In this document: piece by piece, positions 38,800 to 48,278 of the stretch
Layout of the letters: every line of letters begins with the position of its first letter
Numbering within the stretch: position 1 is the stretch's first letter
Assembly: GCA_051748565.1 (NCBI GenBank)
Contig: JBNJHN010000005.1
Coordinates: 1-61,765, forward strand
Reading direction: 5' to 3'
Source: Bacillota bacterium
GTDB lineage: Bacteria; Bacillota; Dethiobacteria; DTU022
DNA: 61,765 nucleotides
Position numbers and translations under genes: made by a program
The notes under the pieces: generated by a model
Told to the model about the DNA's origin: nothing
Seen by the model: only the letters and a program-made list of their open reading frames with translations
The model's database searches: none

Positions 38800-40986
38800 A
38801 TGGCTGTTAAAGAAAAAAAACTTAACGAACTTAAAAAACGCATCCAGCGCTACTATCCTGACCTGGAGGACTGGGCCCTGGTTGAGAAAGCCTACAATTA
38901 TTCTGTGCAGGCTCATTCCGGCCAGCTGCGTGAATCCGGTGAATCTTACATTACGCATCCGCTCGGTGTGGCCATGATTCTGACTGAACTTGAACTTGAC
39001 CTGGTTACTATCATAGCCGGGCTGCTTCATGATGTGGTGGAAGATACTGATATTTCCCTGGAGCAAATCCGCAATGAATTTGGCGAGGAAGTGGTAGCAC
39101 TCGTCGATGGCGTGACCAAGCTTAGCCGGCTCGATTTTACCTCCAAGGAAGAACAGCAGGCCGAAACTCTGCGTAAAATGTTTATTGCAATGGCCCAGGA
39201 TATAAGGGTTGTTCTAATCAAGCTGGCTGACAGGACCCATAATCTGCGTACGCTGCGTTACCTGAATACCAGCAAGCAAAAAGAGATCGCCCGGGAGACA
39301 TTGGAAATCTATGCACCGTTGGCCCATAGACTCGGTATATATATGATCAAATGGGAACTGGAAGACCTGGCCTTCCGCTATATGCAGCCGTCCGATTATT
39401 TCCAGCTGGTTGATAAACTGGCCAAAAAAAGACGCGAACGCGAAAATTTTATCAACCGGATTATATGGATACTGCAGGACTATTTATCTGAGGCCTCTAT
39501 TGAGGCAGAAATTCAGGGCCGCCCGAAACATCTTTTCAGCATATACAATAAAATGAAAACCCAGGGTAAAGATTTAAATGAGATCTATGACCTTACCGCA
39601 ATTCGAATCATTGTCGATACCGTAAAAGATTGCTATCACACCCTTGGTATAGTGCATACGATCTGGAAGCCGATCCCCGGGCGGTTTAAGGACTTCATAG
39701 CGATGCCGAAACCGAACATGTACCAATCGCTGCACACCACGGTTTTTGCAGCAGAGAACGAACTTGCGGAAATCCAGATCAGGACCTGGGATATGCATCG
39801 TACCGCTGAATATGGCATTGCTGCTCACTGGCGCTACAAAGAAAAACTTAAGGACTCGGGAGAAGTTGATGATAAGCTGACCTGGCTGCGCCAGCTGCTC
39901 GAGTGGCAGCATGATTATCGAGACGCCCGCGATTTTATAAAAGATCTGAAGGGAGATCTTTTTACCGATGAAGTTTTTGTTTTTACCCCCAAGGGAGATG
40001 TCATCGACCTGCCAGCCGGCTCAGTTACCCTTGATTTTGCCTATAAAATCCATACAGACATTGGCAACCAATGTACCGGGGCCCGGGTTAACGGCCGCCT
40101 CGTTCCACTTGATTATCAGCTAAAAACCGGTGATATGGTTGAAGTGATTACTTCAAAGCATGGTTCGCCCAGCCGCGACTGGCTCAAGCTGGTTAAAACT
40201 TCTCATGCCAAAAATAAAATCCGGACCTGGTTCAAAAAGGAAAGACGTGAAGAAAATATTGAAAAAGGGCGGGAAATGATTGAAAGAGAAATCAGGCGTG
40301 TAAATGTTGAGCAGCGAATTTTCCTGAAAAGTGATCTTTTCGAAGAGGTCGGACAGTCTTTTAATATAATGTCTCTTGATGATCTTTATGCTGCCGTCGG
40401 TTACGGTGGGGTGTCAGTACACCAGGTATTAAGCCGTCTTCGCGAAGAATATAACAAAAAATACAAAGACAAGGAGCAGGAGGCGGTTTTGCCGGAGTTT
40501 AAACCGACCAAACACCTGAAGCAGGGTTCTCCCGGAGTTTTAATTCAGGGCATGGATGATCTGTTGATGCGGGTTGCCCGCTGCTGCAATCCTGTGCCCG
40601 GTGATGACATTACCGGCCTTGTCACCCGCGGGCGCGGAGTTTCCATTCATCGCAGTGACTGTCCTCACCTTAAACAATATAAGGGCGACAGAGACCGTTT
40701 ACTGGAAGCTTACTGGATGGGGGAAGCGGGCACCTCTTACCCGGTCGAGATTGAAATCAAGGCGAGCGATCGGAAAAACCTCCTGGCTGATATCATAGCA
40801 ACAGTAAATGAAAGCAGGATTGATGTAAGTGCTGTTTCAGCGCGGGCTGATAAAAACCATGATGCAACTATCCATATGACCCTTGCGGTCAGGGATCAGG
40901 GCCACCTGGATCAAATCATGGCTAAAATTAATAAAGTCAAGGATGTTTTTTCCGTCCGCCGATATGTTTATGGTTCAAAAAGTTGA
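38800..40986 (+). CDS. relA: bifunctional (p)ppGpp synthetase/hydrolase
   Basis: HD domain (YITHP, LLHDVVED), IKLADR, GRPKHLFSI, RFKD, YQSLHTT, EIQIRT, TGS (DFAYKIHT), CCNPVPGD, ACT; start ATG 38800 or 38791. Confidence 0.96.
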   Translation: MAVKEKKLNELKKRIQRYYPDLEDWALVEKAYNYSVQAHSGQLRESGESYITHPLGVAMILTELELDLVTIIAGLLHDVVEDTDISLEQIRNEFGEEVVALVDGVTKLSRLDFTSKEEQQAETLRKMFIAMAQDIRVVLIKLADRTHNLRTLRYLNTSKQKEIARETLEIYAPLAHRLGIYMIKWELEDLAFRYMQPSDYFQLVDKLAKKRRERENFINRIIWILQDYLSEASIEAEIQGRPKHLFSIYNKMKTQGKDLNEIYDLTAIRIIVDTVKDCYHTLGIVHTIWKPIPGRFKDFIAMPKPNMYQSLHTTVFAAENELAEIQIRTWDMHRTAEYGIAAHWRYKEKLKDSGEVDDKLTWLRQLLEWQHDYRDARDFIKDLKGDLFTDEVFVFTPKGDVIDLPAGSVTLDFAYKIHTDIGNQCTGARVNGRLVPLDYQLKTGDMVEVITSKHGSPSRDWLKLVKTSHAKNKIRTWFKKERREENIEKGREMIEREIRRVNVEQRIFLKSDLFEEVGQSFNIMSLDDLYAAVGYGGVSVHQVLSRLREEYNKKYKDKEQEAVLPEFKPTKHLKQGSPGVLIQGMDDLLMRVARCCNPVPGDDITGLVTRGRGVSIHRSDCPHLKQYKGDRDRLLEAYWMGEAGTSYPVEIEIKASDRKNLLADIIATVNESRIDVSAVSARADKNHDATIHMTLAVRDQGHLDQIMAKINKVKDVFSVRRYVYGSKS

Positions 40987-41007
40987 CCGATCCCGGGAGG
41001 TTGCCTG

Positions 41008-41457
41008 ATGAGAGCAGTTGTCCAGCGTGTAAGTAAAGCCAGTGTGGAGGTAGATGGGGAAACGGTCGGCGAGATTGGTTATGGTTTGGTTGTTTTTCTC
41101 GGGGTTGGCCGGGATGACGGACCTGCAGACAGCGATTACATGGCAGGTAAAATTTCCGGCCTGCGCATTTTTGAGGACAAAGCAGGATTAATGAACCTTT
41201 CGGTGGAGGACACCGGCGGTTCAATTCTCTGCATATCACAGTTTACCATAATGGGTGATTGCCGCAAAGGTCGCCGCCCCGGTTTTTCTGCTGCCGCCCC
41301 ACCGGAGCAGGCTGAGAGACTGTATGATTATTTTTGTGAAAACCTGAGCAGCAGAGGTATCAGCATAGCTACCGGTCGTTTTCAGGCAACCATGCGCATC
41401 GTGGTTGATAACGAAGGGCCGGTTACCATGCTGCTCGACAGCAAAAAGCTTTTTTAA
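41008..41457 (+). CDS. dtd: D-aminoacyl-tRNA deacylase
   Basis: MRAVVQRV, LRIFED, SQFT, KGRRP, NEGPVT. Confidence 0.96.
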   Translation: MRAVVQRVSKASVEVDGETVGEIGYGLVVFLGVGRDDGPADSDYMAGKISGLRIFEDKAGLMNLSVEDTGGSILCISQFTIMGDCRKGRRPGFSAAAPPEQAERLYDYFCENLSSRGISIATGRFQATMRIVVDNEGPVTMLLDSKKLF

Positions 41458-41529
41458 CATTTATAACAAACCGGATAGGGCCAAACCCAGCCAACAGGAT
41501 AATATAGAAGATTTGAAAGGAGCATAAAG

Positions 41530-44500
41530 ATGAAATACAAGGCACCCCGCGGGACACGCGACATATTACCGGACGAAGCAAAGAAATGGCAGCACCTGGA
41601 ACAGAGGTTCAGAGATTTTTGTGATCTCTACGGCTTCGGAGAAATCCGGACCCCCATATTTGAACAAACTGAGCTGTTTACCCGCAGTGTTGGTGAGGAT
41701 AGTGATATCGTTTCCAAGGAAATGTATTCATTCAAAGACCGGAGCGGCAGGGACTTAACCCTCCGGCCGGAATTGACTGCAGCAGTAGCCCGGGCCTACC
41801 TCGAGCACAACCTCAAAGAAATACCCCAGCCGGTAAAATTATATTATATTGGTCCCATGTTTCGCTACGATCGTCCCCAGGCCGGTCGTTACCGCCAGTT
41901 TCATCAATTCGGCCTGGAGATTTTCGGAGCATCCAGTGCTGCTGCTGATACTGAAATTATTGCTTTTTGTTATAATTTTTTTAATTCCCTGCATATAGAA
42001 AACCAATCTATCGAGCTAAACAGTGTTGGCTGCCCCGTATGCCGGCCTCAATTTCGCGATGCCCTGATGCCTTACCTGGAAAATATAGAGGGAGATTTAT
42101 GTGCTGATTGTATTAAACGCTACAAGAGTAATCCGATGCGCGTCCTGGACTGTAAATCTGAGAGCTGCCAGGCCGGGGTAACAGGGGCACCAAAGATGAT
42201 TGATCATCTTTGCCAGGACTGTGACAATCATTTTGCTGCTGTAAAAATATTTTTAACCAGGCTGAATATTCCTTTTAACCTTAACAGCCGCCTGGTTCGT
42301 GGCCTGGATTATTATACACGCACTGCTTTTGAAATTGTGGCCGGAGGCTCAGGAGCCCAGGCTTCATTGTGCGGTGGCGGTCGTTATGATCACCTGGTAG
42401 AACACTGCGGCGGGCCTCATACACCGGGGGTGGGAGTTGCTTTTGGTGTCGAGAGGATCCTGCTGGCTATGGATTGGGGTAAGCAGCTGCCGGAAGCTGA
42501 AGCAAAGGTGTATATCGCAACTGCCGGCGATGGGTTGGAAGGAGAATCAATCTTGCTGGCTTCTGAATTGCGAATGCGACACATTGCTGCCGAAACCGAG
42601 ATGATGGGCCGCAGCCTGAAAGCGCAGATGAAATATGCCGGCCGGCAGGGTTGCCAAAAGGTAGTGATCATTGGTGCAGATGAAATAGCCCGTGGTAAGG
42701 TAGCTTTAAGAGATATGGATAGTGGAGAACAGAAAGAGCTGCCCCGGGAAGCTCTGTTTGCCTTGTTAAAGGGCGATTCGCAAAAAACTGAAAAAGCATC
42801 TGCTTCTGCCAGAGAAGCAGAATTTTGTTTACCTCATCCTGGGGAGTCGATTTTTAAAACTCATTATTGTGGTTTGCTCAACCCGGGCCATGTCAATACC
42901 AGGGTCAAACTTTCGGGCTGGGTCGACAGGCGCCGCGATCACGGCGGACTGATTTTTATTGATTTAAGAGACCGCAGTGGTATGATGCAGCTGGTTTTTG
43001 ACCAGCAGCTGGGTGTTCAGCTTTTCAAACAGGCCGAAAGCCTGCGCAGTGAATACGTAATTGCTGTTGAAGGTGAAGTTGTTGTACGTTCCGGGGATAA
43101 CATCAATCCTGCTTTACCCACGGGTACGATTGAAGTCCGGGTTGCTAACATGGAAATATTAAATACTTCAAAAACGCCGCCTTTCTACATTGAAAATGAT
43201 CTGAATGTAGATGAGAATCTGCGTATGCGTTACCGCTATCTTGATTTAAGGCGTCCGGAAATGTTTGGCCGCCTCCGGCTTCGTCACAGGGTTGTAAAAA
43301 TGATCCGTGACTATATGGATAGTTACGATTTTCTGGAAATTGAAACGCCTATTCTAACCCGCAGCACACCGGAAGGAGCCAGAGATTTTCTTGTTCCCAG
43401 TCGACCCCACCCTGGTTCTTTCTATGCCCTGCCCCAGTCACCTCAGCTGTTCAAGCAGTTGTTGATGGTCAGCGGGATAGAGCGTTATTTTCAGATTGCG
43501 CGCTGTTTTCGGGATGAGGATCTGAGGGCTGACCGTCAGCCGGAGTTTACCCAGGTTGATATTGAAGCCTCATTTTTCGGTCAGGAAAACCTTTTTGCCC
43601 TGATTGAAGAACTGATGGTCCGGCTTTGGAAAGAATTCCACGGGGTGGATATAAAACGTCCCTTTTTGCGGATGCCCTACAGGGAAGCCATGAACCGATT
43701 TGGTTCTGATAAACCGGATCTGCGTTATGCAATGGAGCTTGTAGATCTGAATGAAGAGGCCCAAAAAAGCAGGTTCAAGGTGTTTACCTCGGCACTGGAA
43801 AGTGGCGGATCCGTTAAAGGCCTGCGTGTGCCCGGTGGCAGTGCTATGAGCCGCAAAGAACTGGATGATTTAACCCTTCTGGCCAGGCAGCTTGGCGCCA
43901 GGGGGCTGGCCTGGGTTTTTATCGAAAAGGAGGGTTGGCGTTCGCCTATCAGCAAATTTTTCGATGAGTCAGTTATGGTAGAGATAAGCAGTAAGATGGG
44001 AGCCGGTATTGGAGATGTTCTGCTCTTTGTAGCTGACAGCTGGGAAACCACCTGCCAGGTCCTCGGTCACCTGCGCAGCATTCTTGCCCCGGTAGAAATT
44101 GACCCCAGACCGTATTTCCTATGGGTAGTCGATTTTCCTCTTTTCCATTTTAATGCAGAAGAGCAGCGTTACGATTCGGATCATCACCCTTTTACTGCAC
44201 CCAGGGTTGATGATTTGCTTCTCCTGGAAAGCGATCCCCTGGATGTAAGGGCCCAGGCTTATGACCTGGTGCTTAATGGTGTGGAAATCGGTGGCGGCAG
44301 CACCCGTATTCACGATAGCGAAACCCAGTCCAGGATTTTTAGTTTGCTCGGTTTGTCGGAAGAGGAAAGTAAGGAGAAGTTCGGTTTCCTGCTGGAAGCA
44401 CTATCCTTCGGCGCCCCGCCGCACGGTGGGATTGCCCTTGGCCTGGATCGGATGGTTGCTTTGCTGACAGGTGATCAGTCGATACGTCAGGTTATACCCT

Positions 44501-44613
44501 TTCCTAAAACTGCGGCGGCCAGCTGCCTGATGACCGGTGCTCCCGCTGTTGTTGCCGGTGAGCAGTTGAACGAGCTTAAAATTGAACTTCAGGCGCAGGA
44601 AAGCGAAGAATAA
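41530..44613 (+). CDS. hisS-aspS: fused histidyl-tRNA synthetase (about aa 1-415) and aspartyl-tRNA synthetase (about aa 443-1027), single ORF
   Basis: HisRS: PRGTRD, LRPELTA, FRYDRPQAGRYRQFHQ, LVRGLDYYTR, GGGRYD, FGVER. AspRS: THYCG, RRRDHGGLIFIDLRD, RYRYLDLRR, PEGARDF, LPQSPQLFKQ, CFRDEDLRADRQPEF, GAPPHGGIALGLDR. No stop between them. Confidence 0.92.
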   Translation: MKYKAPRGTRDILPDEAKKWQHLEQRFRDFCDLYGFGEIRTPIFEQTELFTRSVGEDSDIVSKEMYSFKDRSGRDLTLRPELTAAVARAYLEHNLKEIPQPVKLYYIGPMFRYDRPQAGRYRQFHQFGLEIFGASSAAADTEIIAFCYNFFNSLHIENQSIELNSVGCPVCRPQFRDALMPYLENIEGDLCADCIKRYKSNPMRVLDCKSESCQAGVTGAPKMIDHLCQDCDNHFAAVKIFLTRLNIPFNLNSRLVRGLDYYTRTAFEIVAGGSGAQASLCGGGRYDHLVEHCGGPHTPGVGVAFGVERILLAMDWGKQLPEAEAKVYIATAGDGLEGESILLASELRMRHIAAETEMMGRSLKAQMKYAGRQGCQKVVIIGADEIARGKVALRDMDSGEQKELPREALFALLKGDSQKTEKASASAREAEFCLPHPGESIFKTHYCGLLNPGHVNTRVKLSGWVDRRRDHGGLIFIDLRDRSGMMQLVFDQQLGVQLFKQAESLRSEYVIAVEGEVVVRSGDNINPALPTGTIEVRVANMEILNTSKTPPFYIENDLNVDENLRMRYRYLDLRRPEMFGRLRLRHRVVKMIRDYMDSYDFLEIETPILTRSTPEGARDFLVPSRPHPGSFYALPQSPQLFKQLLMVSGIERYFQIARCFRDEDLRADRQPEFTQVDIEASFFGQENLFALIEELMVRLWKEFHGVDIKRPFLRMPYREAMNRFGSDKPDLRYAMELVDLNEEAQKSRFKVFTSALESGGSVKGLRVPGGSAMSRKELDDLTLLARQLGARGLAWVFIEKEGWRSPISKFFDESVMVEISSKMGAGIGDVLLFVADSWETTCQVLGHLRSILAPVEIDPRPYFLWVVDFPLFHFNAEEQRYDSDHHPFTAPRVDDLLLLESDPLDVRAQAYDLVLNGVEIGGGSTRIHDSETQSRIFSLLGLSEEESKEKFGFLLEALSFGAPPHGGIALGLDRMVALLTGDQSIRQVIPFPKTAAASCLMTGAPAVVAGEQLNELKIELQAQESEE

Positions 44614-44639
44614 ACGGAGAACAGAGGTTTTCTGCCGTC

Positions 44640-44668
44640 TTGCGCCGGGCTTAAATTTGTGCTATTAT
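44640..44668 (+). promoter_or_regulatory. sigma-A promoter of 6S RNA
   Basis: TTGCGC-N17-TATTAT with TG extension. Confidence 0.55.
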
Positions 44669-44697
44669 TTTTTTAGAAATAGTTGGCAAATTATGAA

Positions 44698-44875
44698 TGT
44701 AGCCCTGCGGTGTTCGTGACAGCCGATAAAGTTTTGAGCTAACACTTTTACATCGGGAACCTGGACTTCGGGTGCAGCGCAGCAGCCTTTGTAAAGAGGA
44801 CCTGCAAAACAGCTGAGAGGGTACCCACCTTTCGGGGGAACAGTTCAAAACGACGGACCACGGCACGGCGGGGTT
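44698..44875 (+). ncRNA. ssrS: 6S RNA
   Basis: Typical position after aspS; termini pair (CCCTGCGGTGTTCGT with ACGGACCACGGCACGGCGGGG), internal TTTTGAGCT/AGTTCAAAA pairing, GGGAACC/GGTACCC motifs, then U-tract; ends approximate. Confidence 0.85.
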
Positions 44876-44947
44876 TTTTATTGTTTTTTAGCGTGCTATA
44901 ATAAAAGTTGTTTGCCTGGAATTGCCCTGATTTGATGCAACAGGGAG

Positions 44948-46282
44948 GTGAGAGAGCTGTCTGTCGAGCATTTGTACCTTCTGATCAGTCGGGAATTAAA
45001 AGCCGGAGCCCATCCCGGGGATCTTCTCGATTTGTTCGAGGAACTGGAAGTCGAAGAAAAAGTTGAGCTGATGGAGAAGCTTGCTGTTGAAGATGCGGCT
45101 TCTATCTTTCAGGAAATGGAAGACTTCGAACAAGCCGAAATTCTCAGGCTCTTAAATCCCGAACGAGTAAAAGTTATCCTCAAAAGCCTTGCTTCTGACG
45201 ATGCGGCCGACTTGATCGGCGAGCTCTCACCTGAAGAAGCTCAGGAAATGATCGATTTAATCAGCGAAGAGGAAGAAGCTTTAGACTTTGGCGATCTATT
45301 GAAATACCCCGAAGAGAGTGCCGGGGGCATAATGACAACCGAGTTTATCTCGCTCCCGGCGGATATTCCGGTTGAAGATGCCATTGCCCGGTTGAGAGAA
45401 CTGGCCCCTGAAGCAGAAACTATCTATTATGTTTATGTAGTTGATCAAGAAGGCCACCTGATCGGGGTGCTTTCTCTTCGTGACTTGATTGCATCATCTG
45501 ACGGTACCTTGTTGAAAAATGTCATGCGGCGCAATGTGATCTCTGTTCAGGCCGAACTTGACCAGGAAGAGGTCGCCCGGATTGTTTCAAAGTACGATCT
45601 GCTTGCTGTCCCGGTTGTCGATGCCGGGGAAAGACTGCTCGGCATTATTACCGTTGACGATGTCATTGACGTCATGGAACAGGAAGCGACAGAAGATATC
45701 TACCGCCTGGCCGGGGCCAGCGAAGTGGAAGGTACGGAGCTGACCAAGGCCTCTGTAGGTAAGGTTGTCCGCCTGCGCATGCCCTGGCTGATCATCAGCC
45801 TGGCCGGTGGTGTGTTATCAGGAAGAGTTATTGGTGGTTTTGAAAGTACCCTGGAAGCTATTGTCCTGCTGGCTGTTTTTATTCCAGTCGTTATGGGGAT
45901 GGGGGGTAATGTGGGTACTCAGTCATCTACTATTTTTGTTCGTGGACTTGCTACCGGGGCAATTGAAAAGACCGAAGTCTGGTCATATCTCCTCCGGGAA
46001 ATTAGAATTGGCCTGGCCATGGGGATATTATGTGGTTTTATAATTTCAATAACTGCCTACATCTGGCAGGGCAACCCCTACCTGGGCCTGGTGGTTGGAA
46101 TTTCTATGTTGATAACGATAACCACCGCTGCTATTTTGGGCACTTTAGTTCCTCTGTTACTCAACATGATTCATATTGATCCTGCTATTACGGCGGGGCC
46201 TTTTGTTACCACCATTAAGGATGTAACAGGGCTGCTGATTTATTTTACCGTGGCTACAACTTTCATCGAATATCTCAGGTAA
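44948..46282 (+). CDS. mgtE: magnesium transporter
   Basis: SDDAADL, YPEESAGGIMT, CBS pair, GIITVDD, LRMPWL, MGGNVGTQS, DPAITAGPFVTTIKD. Confidence 0.95.
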   Translation: MRELSVEHLYLLISRELKAGAHPGDLLDLFEELEVEEKVELMEKLAVEDAASIFQEMEDFEQAEILRLLNPERVKVILKSLASDDAADLIGELSPEEAQEMIDLISEEEEALDFGDLLKYPEESAGGIMTTEFISLPADIPVEDAIARLRELAPEAETIYYVYVVDQEGHLIGVLSLRDLIASSDGTLLKNVMRRNVISVQAELDQEEVARIVSKYDLLAVPVVDAGERLLGIITVDDVIDVMEQEATEDIYRLAGASEVEGTELTKASVGKVVRLRMPWLIISLAGGVLSGRVIGGFESTLEAIVLLAVFIPVVMGMGGNVGTQSSTIFVRGLATGAIEKTEVWSYLLREIRIGLAMGILCGFIISITAYIWQGNPYLGLVVGISMLITITTAAILGTLVPLLLNMIHIDPAITAGPFVTTIKDVTGLLIYFTVATTFIEYLR

Positions 46283-46326
46283 TCATTTTCCAGATCCTAA
46301 TCATATAATGGTAGTATATGTAATAT

Positions 46327-46362
46327 GAGGGTTATTGTACAATAAATTCCCTCTTTTTTTTA
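46327..46362 (+). terminator. intrinsic terminator after mgtE
   Basis: GAGGG-TTATTGTACAATAA-ATT-CCCTC hairpin followed by a long T-tract. Confidence 0.55.
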
Positions 46363-46381
46363 TATTTTTTTTTATTTTTTA

Positions 46382-46409
46382 GCAGGAAAACGCAAAAAGG
46401 GGTTGAAAT
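46382..46409 (+). promoter_or_regulatory. possible sigma-H-like promoter of the mraZ/dcw operon
   Basis: GCAGGA-N17-GAAAT. Confidence 0.4.
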
Positions 46410-46416
46410 ATATAGA

Positions 46417-46452
46417 AAAGTGGTGTAAAGTGGTGAAAAGTGGTTGTAAGTG
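46417..46452 (+). promoter_or_regulatory. MraZ-binding direct repeats
   Basis: AAGTGG at 46418, 46428, 46438 and AAGTG at 46448, 10-bp period, just upstream of mraZ. Confidence 0.85.
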
Positions 46453-46472
46453 CCCCAAACGGAGGCGAACAG

Positions 46473-46904
46473 ATGTTTACAGGCGAATACCAGCATACTT
46501 TGGATGGAAAGGGAAGGGTCATTATTCCTTCGCGCCTGCGCGACGGTTTGGGGGAGCGTTTTGTGGTTACCCGCGGTCTTGATCAGTGCCTCTTTGTCTA
46601 TCCTTCATCCGAGTGGGTCCGCCTCGAGCAGAAGTTAAAACAGCTGCCCTTTACCAAGCGAGACTCCCGCGCATTTTCGCGCCTCTTTTTCTCCGGGGCC
46701 ATGGAGGTGGAAACCGACAAACAGGGCCGGGTGCTCATACCCCACAATCTCAGGGAATATGCCGGCATTGAAAAAGATGTCATGTTTATAGGTGTTTCGA
46801 ACCGGGTCGAGGTATGGAGTGAAGAGGCCTGGAAAAATTACTTTGGCCAGGCCAATGAAAATTATGAGGAACTTGCTGAGAAACTGGTTGATTTTGACCT
46901 CTAA
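46473..46904 (+). CDS. mraZ: division/cell wall cluster transcriptional repressor
   Basis: [46 protein letters not shown]; start ATG 46473. Confidence 0.96.
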   Translation: MFTGEYQHTLDGKGRVIIPSRLRDGLGERFVVTRGLDQCLFVYPSSEWVRLEQKLKQLPFTKRDSRAFSRLFFSGAMEVETDKQGRVLIPHNLREYAGIEKDVMFIGVSNRVEVWSEEAWKNYFGQANENYEELAEKLVDFDL

Positions 46905-46907
46905 AAA

Positions 46908-47882
46908 GTGGTGTTTGTTTTGGTTGAAATGCACCTGCCGGTTCTGGAAAAAGAAGTGCTTCGATACCTCCGTATCAGGGATGAAGGAGTGTATGTCGAC
47001 GCCACGGTCGGAGACGGCGGGCATGCTGAAGCGATAGCAAGAGCACTATCTGATAAAGGTCGGCTGATTGGTATAGATTGGGATAGTGCCGCCCTGGAGC
47101 GGGCGAAGTCGAGACTGGCGAATTATTCAGGCCGGTTATTGCTGATTCATTCAGATTATACCCGGCTAAAAGAGGTTCTTATAGAAGCAGGTTATCCCCG
47201 GGTTGATGGAATTTTAATCGACCTGGGAGCGTCAACACTACAGCTGATGGATCCTGAACGAGGTTTTTCGTTTCACCAGGAAGGCGACCTGGACATGAGA
47301 ATGGATCGCCGCCGTTCTTTGACAGCAAAATATATCATTAATGAGTATTCTGCTGAAAAGCTGGCTGATATTTTTTTCAGTTTCGGAGAAGAGCGTTGGT
47401 CGAAGCGAATAGCAGCAAGGATTGTACGGGAACGTGAACAAAAAGGACCGATTACCGGAAGCAGGCAGCTCTCGGAAATAACCAAACAAGCAGTTCCGGC
47501 ACGCTACCGGCGCCATGGGGGCCATCCTGCACGTAAGGTTTTTCAGGCTTTACGCCTGGCTGTTAACAGCGAACTTGATAATATTTCAGCTATACTACCA
47601 CAGGCAGTCAGCTGCCTGTTTCCGGGTGGTCGCATATGCGTTATCTCTTATCATTCTCTCGAAGACCGGTTGGTCAAACACTATTTTCGTGAAAAGTCGG
47701 GATACTGCAGCTGCCCTCCGGGCAGGCCCTGCCTCTGTAAAGGGCAGGCTGTTTTAACTGTTCTTACTTCCAAAGCAGTTAAGCCTTCGGATGAGGAGAT
47801 AAACAGAAATTCACGGGCGCGAAGCGCCCGCTTAAGAGCAGCAGAGCGTTTAATAACGTTACAGGAGAAAGATGGTGAGTAA
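46908..47882 (+). CDS. rsmH: 16S rRNA m4C1402 methyltransferase
   Basis: HLPVL, VDATVGDGGH, DLGAS..QL..ERGFSF, LDMRMD, FQALRLAVN, SYHSLEDR, RARSARLR; start uncertain. Confidence 0.95.
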   Translation: MVFVLVEMHLPVLEKEVLRYLRIRDEGVYVDATVGDGGHAEAIARALSDKGRLIGIDWDSAALERAKSRLANYSGRLLLIHSDYTRLKEVLIEAGYPRVDGILIDLGASTLQLMDPERGFSFHQEGDLDMRMDRRRSLTAKYIINEYSAEKLADIFFSFGEERWSKRIAARIVREREQKGPITGSRQLSEITKQAVPARYRRHGGHPARKVFQALRLAVNSELDNISAILPQAVSCLFPGGRICVISYHSLEDRLVKHYFREKSGYCSCPPGRPCLCKGQAVLTVLTSKAVKPSDEEINRNSRARSARLRAAERLITLQEKDGE

Positions 47883-48273
47883 GATGCAGCAGGCAAGAAA
47901 ATTGTCCCATACAAATCGTTTAATATCACCGGCTCAGCCAACAAGAAGTCCGGGTGTAAGGCCGCAACCAGGCCATAAACTAAGAAAAGCTAAACTGGCT
48001 TTGATTTTGGCATCATGTTTTGTGCTAAGCCTTGCCGTAGTAGCACAGTATTCATCCCTGGTTATTCTTAACTACCGGCTAAGCAGTGTCCGCACAGAAC
48101 TTGCTCAATTGAAGGAAGCGTCCCGTGTGCTTGAGCTCGAAGTGGCGCAGCTCAGCTCGGTCAGCAGGATTGAAGAGATCGCCCGTGGCGAACTGGGTAT
48201 GGTCGACCCTCAGGTAAGCCAGATGATAGTGCTAACAGCGGGGTTGGGAGAAGTTAACCGACTTGGGGAGTGA
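47872..48273 (+). CDS. ftsL: cell division protein FtsL
   Basis: Basic N-terminus, one TM helix, coiled coil, RIEEIARGELGM; position after rsmH. Confidence 0.8.
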   Translation: MVSKMQQARKLSHTNRLISPAQPTRSPGVRPQPGHKLRKAKLALILASCFVLSLAVVAQYSSLVILNYRLSSVRTELAQLKEASRVLELEVAQLSSVSRIEEIARGELGMVDPQVSQMIVLTAGLGEVNRLGE

Positions 48274-48278
48274 ACTGC

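Noticed and set aside
42020-42230. Multiple CxxC motifs in the HisRS half of the fusion
   Set aside because: Common insertion-domain feature of Bacillota HisRS, unrelated to the fusion
44651-44866. 71-aa minus-strand ORF
   Set aside because: Overlaps the 6S RNA; no coding features
46417-46452. Short direct-repeat array as CRISPR or a novel repeat
   Set aside because: 10-bp period GTGG repeats upstream of mraZ are the known MraZ operator
47700-47745. Cys cluster CSCPPGRPCLC in RsmH
   Set aside because: A similar Cys-rich insert is common in Bacillota RsmH
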